From Gemmatimonadota bacterium (lineage in GTDB: Bacteria > Gemmatimonadota > Gemmatimonadetes > Palauibacterales > KS3-K002): a stretch of DNA of 28,562 bases. A program made the position numbers and the translations under genes. The stretch is taken from positions 1-28,562 of the forward strand of contig JBDHJS010000045.1 of NCBI GenBank assembly GCA_039586795.1, written 5' to 3'. The notes beneath the pieces are model-generated. The model was not told where the DNA came from. It ran no database searches and worked only from the letters and a program-made list of their open reading frames with translations. Positions 1 through 8,516 of this stretch are shown piece after piece (position 1 is the stretch's first letter; each line of letters opens with the position of its first letter).

Positions 1-1215
1 GTCCGAACCATCCAGTCGCGATGTGTACAGCTCCACCGGCGACTTGTAATGGTCCATGCCGAACACGAGGCGATCGCCGGCGTAGGATGGCCCGCGGACG
101 TGGCCCTGGCTGATCAACGTGCGCACCCGACCGCTCCCCACATCGATGGCGAACAGCGAGACGTTACCCACGTTCTGCGCTGTCACCAGGATCGTGCGGC
201 TGTCCGGTGACCATGTGATGCCACCGGCCGATCGGTCCCAATCTTCGGTCAGGACACGCGACTCGCCGTTTGGCCACGACTTGAGCACGATGCGGAATCG
301 ATCCGACTCGTACCCCGGCCTCTCCATCGCTACGTAGGCCAGCGTGTTCCCATCGGGCGAAAAGACAGGCCCCGTATCCCAGGCCCGATTGTCAGTGGTG
401 ATCAGCGAGGGCGCGCTCGACCCATCGATGGGAACGACGTAGAGATCGAAGTCGGTGGACCACGGCTCTTCGTCGCCGGCGATGCGGGCCGTGAAGACGA
501 TCGACCGACCGTCCGGTGTGAACGTGAACTCCTCCGACCCTCCAAACGGCTTAGAAGGCGAGTCGCCGTTGACACCCGACATCACATCGCGCGCCTCACC
601 GCCGGCCGTCGGCATCACGAAGATGTGCGAGCGACGCCCGTCTTTCCACGTATCCCAATGCCGCACGAAGACCTTGCTGTGGAGCACCCCGCTCGACACC
701 CGCCCACCTTCCGTCTCCAGTCGCGAGACCGTGCACTGCAACGTCGGACAATCGGTAAAGACATCGTGAGTGAAGGCGATGTGCGAACCATCGGGTGAAA
801 GTATCAGGTTGCCAACGCTCATCGGCTGGTCGGTCACCCGCGTCGGCATCCCGCCATCCACCGCGACGCGCCACACTTGCGAGGTTCCCGACCGCGTCGA
901 CAGAAAGTAGATCGCGCTTCCGTCGGGCGACCATAGCGGGTTGAAGTCGGCGGCCTCGTGGGTCGTCAATTGGCGGAGGCCCTCGCCGTCGGTTCCGACA
1001 AGCCAGATATCGGTCCGCCTCCGGTTCGCATCCACGTCCAGCGAACTGATGGTGAACGCTGCCAGCTCACCGTCGGGTGCGACGTGGGCTCCACCTACCC
1101 GGTCCATCGAGATCAGATCGTGGACGTTGAAAGCGTGGGCCTGTCCGTGGGCGGCGGCCGGCCAGGCGAAGGCCAGCGCGATGGCCAGCGTCCCCGTAAC
1201 TGCGATGCGCGACAT
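1..1215 (-). CDS. S9 family (prolyl oligopeptidase / dipeptidyl-peptidase 5-like) peptidase, N-terminal beta-propeller part; runs off the window edge
   Basis: Not in the ORF track (no stop in window). Manual translation from ATG at 1215 behind AAGGAGG RBS: MSRIAVTGTLAIALAFAWPAAAHGQ (signal peptide), then WSPDG/FSPDG repeats, VFVRHWDTWKDGRRSHIF, SKPFGGSEEFTF and PGYESDRF, typical of DPP5-like S9 peptidases. Catalytic domain lies outside the window. Confidence 0.85.
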   Translation of the reverse strand, partial: MSRIAVTGTLAIALAFAWPAAAHGQAHAFNVHDLISMDRVGGAHVAPDGELAAFTISSLDVDANRRRTDIWLVGTDGEGLRQLTTHEAADFNPLWSPDGSAIYFLSTRSGTSQVWRVAVDGGMPTRVTDQPMSVGNLILSPDGSHIAFTHDVFTDCPTLQCTVSRLETEGGRVSSGVLHSKVFVRHWDTWKDGRRSHIFVMPTAGGEARDVMSGVNGDSPSKPFGGSEEFTFTPDGRSIVFTARIAGDEEPWSTDFDLYVVPIDGSSAPSLITTDNRAWDTGPVFSPDGNTLAYVAMERPGYESDRFRIVLKSWPNGESRVLTEDWDRSAGGITWSPDSRTILVTAQNVGNVSLFAIDVGSGRVRTLISQGHVRGPSYAGDRLVFGMDHYKSPVELYTSRLDGSD

Positions 1216-1290
1216 ATTACCTCCTTGATTCGATTCTCTGCGAGACAGGCACAAGATAGAAGAGGCGCGGTCGTTCGGAAATCACTCGCC

Positions 1291-1335
1291 AGAAAGAAAC
1301 CGCGCGGGGCGCACCAGCGGCACCCCGCGCGGTTC
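1291..1335 (-). terminator. Rho-independent terminator downstream of the tricorn protease gene
   Basis: Minus strand reads AACCGCGCGGGGTGC-cgctggt-GCGCCCCGCGCGGTT followed by TCTTTCT, about 20 nt after the stop at 1356. Confidence 0.75.
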
Positions 1336-1355
1336 GAAACCCCAACTGCGGACTT

Positions 1356-4300
1356 CTACTGCTTCGTCTTCACCGGATCCGCGGGCCGCTCCGGCAGACC
1401 CACCGGCTCCCGCCGGATCGCATCCATCACTTCGGCGATTCCGCGATCGAGCTGTAGATCCTGCCCCTCGATGATCGACCTGGGCGTGTTATCGACCTCG
1501 ATGTCCGGATCGACGCCATAGCCCTCCACGGAATACGAGCCGTCCGCATCGTTGTTCGAGAACTCCGGCACGAACACCGTCGCACCATCGATCAGCGGGC
1601 CGCGCCCGCTAATGCCGACAACACCGCCCCACGACCGCTTACCGATCACCGGGCCCAACCCTGCCCGCTTGAACGCCCATGGGAAGATGTCGCCGTCGGA
1701 GGCCGACGTCTCGTTCATCAAGCAGACCATGTGACCGATGAACACTGTACCCGGGTACGTCCCCGCCACGTCCGAGTTACGCGCGAAGCCGGTCCCCAGC
1801 AGCGGGATCATCAGCCGCCGGATCAGCATCTGCGACACGTTGCCACCGCCGTTCCCGCGAACATCGATCACCATTCCCTCTTTGCGGATCTGCGGGTAGT
1901 ACCACTTGATGAACTCGCGGATCCCGTCGCTACCCATGTCGGGCAGATGCATGTAGCCGACGCGACCGTCGGTCCGCTCCGCTACGTAGCGGCGCTTGCT
2001 CTCCACCCAGTTGAAGTACCGGAGCGAGGTCTCGCTGGTGATCGGGTTCACCATGACCTCGCGAGCGCCGTCCATGCTCGGCCGGCTGTTCACGGTCAAC
2101 GTCAACGGACTACCCGACTTGCCCTGCAGCATCCGGAATGGGTTCGCCGGCGCCTGCAGCGGCTCACCGTTGATCGCCAGGATGTAGTCGCCCGCCGAAA
2201 CGTCGACGCCGATCTCGGTGAGCGGCGAGCGATAGCGGTCTTCCTGGTTATCGCCGTCGTAGATCGTGGTGATGCGGTACCGGCCCGAACCGTCATCCAG
2301 TTCGATCTCGGCGCCGAGCAGCGCCACCCGCGGCCGGTCCGGCGTATACCATTCGCCGCCCTGGATATAGGCGTGACCCACGGCCAGCTCGGAGACCATC
2401 TCGCTGAGCACGTAGTTCAGATCGGACCGGTGAGCGACCCACTCCAACTGCGGCCGGTACTGCTCGCGCAGCGCCTCCCAGTCGTAGCCGTGCATGTTCG
2501 CCACGTAGAAGTAGTCGCGGAAACGGCGCCACACTTCGTCAAACACCGCCTCCCACTCCACTGCCGGAATCCAGTCCACCTGCAGCCCCGAAGTGGGGAT
2601 CCGCTGCCTCGAACTGGACGTGTTGGCCTTCACGTCGTAGACGCTGATACCACCGCCCTGATAAACGGCCATCTTCTTGCCATCCTGCGACAAGCTGTAG
2701 TTGCCGACCTCCTCCAAGACCGTCGACTCCTCACGTTCCTCGATGTCGAAGATCATGATCGACGGGCTCTGACCGCTGGATGCGCCGTAGTAGAACGGCG
2801 TTCCCTCGACGTAGAGGATCTTGCCGCTCACCGCGCCAAGGCCGCCGTAGTTGCCCTGACCGATCGGGAAGCGGGCGACTCGTTGCTCGAGGCCATCGAA
2901 GTCGATCCCGATCGGGCCCTCCTCGTCCTCGCCGTTCCCGTTATCGTCCCCGTCTTCAGCGCCGTCCACCGTCACCTCGTCGCTGCGCGGCGGGAATGGA
3001 TGCGGCACGTCGTCGCGCAACGCCAACGCGTAGATCCACGTCTCACGATCGACCACGTAGTTGAACTCGAAGGACCCGATCTGCGGGGCCAGCGAGCGGT
3101 CGCTCAGATAGTACAGGTAGTTGCCGTCCGGGTCCCAGGCGAAGTCGAAGTCGTTGAACATCTCGTTCGTCGCACGATAGCTCCGGCCTTCGGCCATGCT
3201 GTAGATATGAACCGACCCGAAGCCGCTGGGATCGCTCATCGTGTACGCGATGTAGCCGCCCCGCGGCGACCACGCGTGGTTGTTCAGAAAGCCCTGTGGC
3301 TCGTCGGCAATTTCCGTCGTTCTCTTCGACTCGACATCCACGACAAAGAGCTTGCCCGTCTTGTTGCTGTACGCGATCTGCGTGCCGTCCGGCGACCAAT
3401 TCGGCGTGAACAACGTGCCCACGTTGTTTCGCGTCAACTGCTCCGGCTCACCGGTGCCGTCCTGGTTCATGACATAGAGCTGTTCCTCCCCGCTCATGTC
3501 GCTGACGAACGCGATCTTCGAGCCGTCGGGCGACCAAGCCGCGTTCTTCTCGTGCGCACCCGGCGAACGCGTCAGGTTGCGCGTCGCGCCGTGCTCGATC
3601 GGGACCGTGAAAATATCCCCGCGCGCCACGATCACCGCCCGCTCCGCCTTCGGGCTCAGACCACCGCCCTCGATGTTGTCTTCCACGCTGATCAGCGCTG
3701 GACGCATCGCGACACCGTCCGTCACCACATTGATGGAGATCGGCGTCGCGTTACCCGAAGCCACGTCAAACACGACCAGCTCGCCGTTCGACTCATAGAC
3801 GATCCGGCCCTGGTTGTCCGAGCTCGGCCAACGCACGTCCCACACCGTGCTGCGCGTCACCTGCGTCGTGGCGCCGCTGGAAACGTCGTACGAGTAGAGG
3901 TTGTTGGTGCCGTCGCGGTCCGAGGTGAAGTAGATCATGTCGCCGATCCACATCGGGTCTCGGTCGGCACGCGGGTCGTCGGTGATCTGCTGCGATTCGT
4001 AGGATTGAAGGTCGAAGATGTAGAGTTCCTGCGCCCAGCCACCCTCGTACCGCTTCCAGCTCCGGAAGTCGCGCCAGAGCGGTGAGTAGACGATACGGCG
4101 GCCGTCCGGCGACAGATCGCCGGCGCCGGCGACAGGCATCGGTAGAGCCTCTGGAAGCCCGCCTTCCGGCGACACCCTATATAGCCGGCCGTCGCCGATG
4201 TCCCACGTCCCGCGCAGCGACCGGACCAGTATGTCGCCATCCGGCGTCCACCCGTAGACGATGTTGTCGTAACCCCAGCGCGGCGACATCGGGCCGCGGG

Positions 4301-4637
4301 CCGGATAGTACGTCAGCTGCTGGGGAACGCCTCCGCTCGTTGGGACCACGTAGACCTGCTCGTCACCGTCGTACTGGCCGGTGAAGGCGATCCACTGCCC
4401 ATCCGGCGAGAACTTCGGGAAGACCTCGAGGCCGGGGTGGGTCGTGAGACGCGTGGCCATCCCGCCGCTGGCGGGCGCCAACCAGATGTCGCCGGCGTAG
4501 ACGAAAGCCACCTGATCCCCGTGGATATCGGGGAAGCGGAGTAGCTTCGTCTGAGCGCTGGCGACCTGTGGAACGAGCAGCGCAACCAGTGCCAGGGCAC
4601 ATACGCTGCCGACCGTAAGTCGCTGTAGCGTCTTCAT
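1356..4637 (-). CDS. Tricorn protease homolog (peptidase S41), secreted
   Basis: 1093 aa; signal peptide; LLRFPDIHGD start of the tricorn propeller; many WSPDG repeats; WRRFRDYFY..MHGYDW C1 domain with ELAVGHAY (His); PDZ-like GDYILAING; IDVRGNGGGN and SASDGD (catalytic Ser); GKRSWGGVVG; EGYGVDPDIEV. Confidence 0.95.
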   Translation of the reverse strand: MKTLQRLTVGSVCALALVALLVPQVASAQTKLLRFPDIHGDQVAFVYAGDIWLAPASGGMATRLTTHPGLEVFPKFSPDGQWIAFTGQYDGDEQVYVVPTSGGVPQQLTYYPARGPMSPRWGYDNIVYGWTPDGDILVRSLRGTWDIGDGRLYRVSPEGGLPEALPMPVAGAGDLSPDGRRIVYSPLWRDFRSWKRYEGGWAQELYIFDLQSYESQQITDDPRADRDPMWIGDMIYFTSDRDGTNNLYSYDVSSGATTQVTRSTVWDVRWPSSDNQGRIVYESNGELVVFDVASGNATPISINVVTDGVAMRPALISVEDNIEGGGLSPKAERAVIVARGDIFTVPIEHGATRNLTRSPGAHEKNAAWSPDGSKIAFVSDMSGEEQLYVMNQDGTGEPEQLTRNNVGTLFTPNWSPDGTQIAYSNKTGKLFVVDVESKRTTEIADEPQGFLNNHAWSPRGGYIAYTMSDPSGFGSVHIYSMAEGRSYRATNEMFNDFDFAWDPDGNYLYYLSDRSLAPQIGSFEFNYVVDRETWIYALALRDDVPHPFPPRSDEVTVDGAEDGDDNGNGEDEEGPIGIDFDGLEQRVARFPIGQGNYGGLGAVSGKILYVEGTPFYYGASSGQSPSIMIFDIEEREESTVLEEVGNYSLSQDGKKMAVYQGGGISVYDVKANTSSSRQRIPTSGLQVDWIPAVEWEAVFDEVWRRFRDYFYVANMHGYDWEALREQYRPQLEWVAHRSDLNYVLSEMVSELAVGHAYIQGGEWYTPDRPRVALLGAEIELDDGSGRYRITTIYDGDNQEDRYRSPLTEIGVDVSAGDYILAINGEPLQAPANPFRMLQGKSGSPLTLTVNSRPSMDGAREVMVNPITSETSLRYFNWVESKRRYVAERTDGRVGYMHLPDMGSDGIREFIKWYYPQIRKEGMVIDVRGNGGGNVSQMLIRRLMIPLLGTGFARNSDVAGTYPGTVFIGHMVCLMNETSASDGDIFPWAFKRAGLGPVIGKRSWGGVVGISGRGPLIDGATVFVPEFSNNDADGSYSVEGYGVDPDIEVDNTPRSIIEGQDLQLDRGIAEVMDAIRREPVGLPERPADPVKTKQ

Positions 4638-4720
4638 TTGTCCTCGCTTACCTCGCGTTGTACAGGATAGTGATAATCAAGACTGGTCCTACCTTCGACA
4701 CGTTCGTTCGCTGGAGGGGC

Positions 4721-4733
4721 ATATTATGACACG
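4721..4733 (-). promoter_or_regulatory. Possible extended -10 promoter element for the tricorn gene
   Basis: Minus strand TGTCATAAT (TGn + CATAAT) about 90 nt upstream of the ATG at 4637; no well-spaced -35. Confidence 0.3.
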
Positions 4734-5057
4734 TCAATTGGGCTCAACAGTATCCCCATCGCACCACCGCACCACCCTCATGGATGGCACGAGACCCATG
4801 GATGGTTGCACGCCGAGGGCGTTGGTGACGCGTTCACGGTGAAGCACAGGTAACCGTACGGTAGATCCGGCCCGCAGGTTTTGTCACGCCGCCGCCACCG
4901 CGTCTTGCCTAGATTCCTGCTGAAATCCTCCCTAGCTTATCGAAGCCGGCGCGACCCGCCAGCCATCTCGCAATCACAGCCCTCAACCCATTCTGTTTCC
5001 GCGCTCCGTCACGGAGCCGCGGTCCATAGCGAATTCCAGATGCCTTGGGAGACTCCA

Positions 5058-7298
5058 ATGTCGAAAGTGATCGCCGCGATCGCCATGCTCGTCTGCTTCG
5101 CCATCCCTGCCGCAGCCCAGGATGAGACGCCACGGGCGATGACCACCGATGACGGCCTGAACATGGTCCAGGTCGGCAGCGCGCTTATGTCCCCCGACGG
5201 CCAGTGGGTCCTGTACCGACGGTCCGAGCTGGATTGGAAGGAGAACGAGAGAAAGACCACGTATCACATGGTCGCTGCCGCGGGCGGCGAATCCTTCCGA
5301 TACATCGGCGAGGCCGGCGGCAGCTCCCTCCGTTTCTCACCCGACGGGACGTACCTCTCGTTCACGCGATCCGTCGACAAAAACCGGCAGCTCTTTCTGA
5401 TGCGAACATCGGGCGGCGAAGCCATTCAACTCACCAAACACAAGAGCAGCGTGGGATCGTACAGGTGGGGCCCTGACTCGCGAACCATCTTCTTTGTGGC
5501 ATCTGAGCCGCGTAGCGATGAGGAAGAGAAGGAACACGAGGCGGGCTACGACGCGATCTTCGTCGACGAAGGACCCAACGGGATGCAGGAGGGAAGCTGG
5601 AGCAACTTCTGGACGATCGCCATCGACACATCCGAAGCCACGAGAGTCACCGACGAAGAATACCGGATTGGCAGCTTCGATGTGTCGCCGGACGGAAACC
5701 GTATCGTGTTCACTGCCCGATACGAGAACCGCCGCAACCAGGGGAATCTGTCTGAGATCTACCTATACGATCTGACCGATTCCACCAAGACGCAGCTCAC
5801 GGACAATCGCGCACCGGAGAGCGGAGTGCAGTGGTCGCCCGACGGCCGCCGGTTCATGTACTCCGCGGTGAGCGACGGCGAGTGGGAACTGCTGCAATCG
5901 AAACTCTGGGTCATGAGTCCGGGTGACCGTCAACCCCGCATGATCTCCGGCGCATTCGAAGGCAGGATCTCGAACCCCGTCTGGGCGCCGGACAGCCGTA
6001 CGATTCTCTTCACCGGGCGGAGCCGCACCAACTCCAACCTGTACAGGCTGGACGCGCAGACCGGCGAAGTGACCCAGGTGACTCATCAGACCGGCTCGCT
6101 GAGCGTCAGCTCCTATTCGCGAGATAGGAGCATGATGGTGTACTCGTTCCAGGATTTCGATACACCTTCGGACCTCTACGCATCGAGCACCGTCGACTTC
6201 GCTCCCACACGTCTCACCGAGGCCAACCCCTGGATAGAATCCGACATTCAGCTCGCCAGGGCAGAAGTGGTCCGCTGGAATAGCAGCGACGGGACCGAGA
6301 TAGAAGGCATCCTCGTCCTGCCACATGACCACGAATCCGGCCGCATGCCGCTGCTACTGCACGTACACGGAGGTCCGGCAGGCGTATTCACCAACAGCTT
6401 CAGCTACCGATATCACGTCTGGGCCGGGCTAGGATACTTACAACTGCTGCCGAACGTTCGCGGATCCAGCGCTTACAGCGACGACCTGCTGCGCGGCAAC
6501 ATGAACGACATCGGCGGCGGTGACTACTGGGACCTCATGGCAGGGGTCGACCATGTGATCGAGCAGGGCCACGTCGACAGCGACAGGATGGGAATCCGGG
6601 GTTGGAGCTACGGCGGGATCCTGGGCGGCTTCACCATAACGCAAACGAATCGATTCAAGGCCGCGTCGCTAGGCGCCATGGTGTCCGATTGGACGTCCGA
6701 ATACGGGATCGGGTTCAATCACGACGTCCGCCTCTGGTACATCGGCGGTACACCGTGGGAGAACCCGGAAGGCTACCGCGCGAAGTCGGCGCTGACCCAC
6801 GTGGCCGACATAGAGACCCCAACGCTCATCCTGCACGGCATGCAGGACCGGACCGACACCGAGCCCCAGAGCATGATGTTCTTCGCCGCCCTCAAGGATC
6901 AGGGCAAGACTACCCGCTACATCAAGTTTCCACGGGAGCCCCACGGCTTCCGCGAGCCCAGGCATCAGCGCACCCGAGACATCGAAGAGATCAAGTGGAT
7001 CCAGAAGTACGTTCTCGGGCTCGACTGGACCCCCTGGGAGCGGGAAGACGAAAAGAAGGAAGAGAAAGAAGAGAAGGAGGGGGAGAACGAGGGCGTAGCC
7101 TATCAGTCGACGGCCGATGACGGCTCCGCTGTTGAAGCCGCCGACGTTTTCAGTCGCCATGCTCGCCGTCGTATCGAGACGCTGTTCGACCGCGTCTTCG
7201 ATAACGACGACGCCGCGACCTACCGGCTCGCGCAGAACGTGCTGAAAGGTGAGCGCCTGTCGCTAGAGGATGGGCTGCCGCCTCAGTCGTTGAGCTGA
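5058..7298 (+). CDS. S9 family peptidase (acylaminoacyl/dipeptidyl aminopeptidase-like), secreted, with an atypical C-terminal extension
   Basis: Start re-assigned from 4881 to ATG 5058 (GGAG upstream; MSKVIAAIAMLVCFAIPAAAQ signal peptide). SPDG propeller repeats, HGGP, NVRGSS, GWSYGG nucleophile motif, HGMQD (Asp), EPHGF (His). Confidence 0.92.
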   Translation: MSKVIAAIAMLVCFAIPAAAQDETPRAMTTDDGLNMVQVGSALMSPDGQWVLYRRSELDWKENERKTTYHMVAAAGGESFRYIGEAGGSSLRFSPDGTYLSFTRSVDKNRQLFLMRTSGGEAIQLTKHKSSVGSYRWGPDSRTIFFVASEPRSDEEEKEHEAGYDAIFVDEGPNGMQEGSWSNFWTIAIDTSEATRVTDEEYRIGSFDVSPDGNRIVFTARYENRRNQGNLSEIYLYDLTDSTKTQLTDNRAPESGVQWSPDGRRFMYSAVSDGEWELLQSKLWVMSPGDRQPRMISGAFEGRISNPVWAPDSRTILFTGRSRTNSNLYRLDAQTGEVTQVTHQTGSLSVSSYSRDRSMMVYSFQDFDTPSDLYASSTVDFAPTRLTEANPWIESDIQLARAEVVRWNSSDGTEIEGILVLPHDHESGRMPLLLHVHGGPAGVFTNSFSYRYHVWAGLGYLQLLPNVRGSSAYSDDLLRGNMNDIGGGDYWDLMAGVDHVIEQGHVDSDRMGIRGWSYGGILGGFTITQTNRFKAASLGAMVSDWTSEYGIGFNHDVRLWYIGGTPWENPEGYRAKSALTHVADIETPTLILHGMQDRTDTEPQSMMFFAALKDQGKTTRYIKFPREPHGFREPRHQRTRDIEEIKWIQKYVLGLDWTPWEREDEKKEEKEEKEGENEGVAYQSTADDGSAVEAADVFSRHARRRIETLFDRVFDNDDAATYRLAQNVLKGERLSLEDGLPPQSLS

Positions 7299-8515
7299 AT
7301 CGTCGCGGCGCGCACGCCGCCCGCCTCGCCGATCAGCGTCCAGGCCACGACGACCTCGTCACCGACGCGGGCGATGCGCGGGAAGCCGCTGCTCCGGGAC
7401 TCGCTGGTCTCCGAAACGACGATCGATTCCCCCATCCAGCCATCCGGGCGGACCAGTCTTACCCGTACGTCGGTGGCCGCCGCGCTTCTCTCCAGCCACG
7501 AAACGATCGCCAACCCGTCCGCCAGGTACTCGATATCGACTCGGCCCAGCGGATCTCCACCATCGACTTGAATCGGCGAACCGAAGGTCGCTCCTCCATC
7601 GCTCGAGAAGGCGACGAACACCCGGGCCTGCTGCTCCGGCGCCGTGTACCAGGCGACGGCCACATCATCGCCTGAGGCCGACAGCTGCGGCCCGTTCACC
7701 GGGCAGCCCGGATAGTAGAAGTTGTCGTCCCTGACGAGTCGAGGCTCGGTCCAGCCTCCACCCGAAAGGCGCGCGACGCTGATGTCGCGGATCTCCTCGC
7801 CGCTACGATCGCGGTACGCCGCAACGAGACCGCTGGCCGCCTGGACGAGCGCCGTCTGACAGCACTCGCAGGTCCGCGAATCGAGCAGTACATCCTCGCC
7901 CAATTCGCCTGTCGCACTCACGCTTGTCGCCCGCAGGCTCATGTCGCCGCGATCCAACTCATCGTGTCCGGCGCCCTCATCTTCTCCCGCCATGTTTCGT
8001 CCGTCCAGCCACACCAACGACGCGCCGCCATCCGATGTCGGCACCATCGACACGAAGCCGTGCTCCGTGGGTGAGTCATCGCGGTGCGGCACGATCGGTT
8101 CGCTCCATGTCGCGCCACCGTCAGCGGAGATCGCCAGCTTCACGTGATAGGCGTAGGTGCCACCCGGAACCTTCTCCAACCACTGGGCAACCCATTCGCC
8201 GCCGTTCAGCTGGACCAGCGATGGAAAGTCAGCCCAGTTGACGAAGAAGTGATCGCTCTCGTGGATGGTCCCGGGCTCAGACCAGCCATCGGCGGTGCGC
8301 ACCGCGAACTTGAAGACGTGAGCATCCTCTCCCGCGGGCTCTAGCCAGGTGAGGACGACGCGGCCATCGGCTGTAGCGAACAGGTTGGCTTCCCCGCTCC
8401 ACGCCGGTGCCGAGAACTCGACGGCCCCAACCGAGACTGTGGGCTCACGGTCCGCGCAGCCGATCATCATCAAGCCGACTACGACGAGGCCACACCAACA
8501 GATCTTCCTCTCCAT
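7283..8515 (-). CDS. BNR/Asp-box (sialidase-like fold) lipoprotein
   Basis: Start re-assigned to ATG 8515 (GGAGG RBS inside the end of the upstream gene). Hydrophobic leader ending MIGC (lipobox-like); Asp boxes SADGGATWS and SSDGGATFG; FVNWADFPS, TEHGFVS, CECCQT and GCPVNGP motifs. Confidence 0.75.
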   Translation of the reverse strand: MERKICWCGLVVVGLMMIGCADREPTVSVGAVEFSAPAWSGEANLFATADGRVVLTWLEPAGEDAHVFKFAVRTADGWSEPGTIHESDHFFVNWADFPSLVQLNGGEWVAQWLEKVPGGTYAYHVKLAISADGGATWSEPIVPHRDDSPTEHGFVSMVPTSDGGASLVWLDGRNMAGEDEGAGHDELDRGDMSLRATSVSATGELGEDVLLDSRTCECCQTALVQAASGLVAAYRDRSGEEIRDISVARLSGGGWTEPRLVRDDNFYYPGCPVNGPQLSASGDDVAVAWYTAPEQQARVFVAFSSDGGATFGSPIQVDGGDPLGRVDIEYLADGLAIVSWLERSAAATDVRVRLVRPDGWMGESIVVSETSESRSSGFPRIARVGDEVVVAWTLIGEAGGVRAATIQLND

Positions 8516-8516
8516 G

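Noticed and set aside
1731..4085. 784-aa plus-strand ORF
   Set aside because: Antisense shadow of the tricorn gene; long stop-free antisense frames are common in GC-rich DNA, and it has no recognisable motifs.
4735..4782. Minus-strand mini-ORF MRVVRWCDGDTVEPN resembling the thermonuclease DGDT motif
   Set aside because: Only 15 codons and no further similarity; likely chance.
4881..5057. 59-aa N-terminal extension of the S9 ORF
   Set aside because: The signal peptide and RBS point to ATG 5058.
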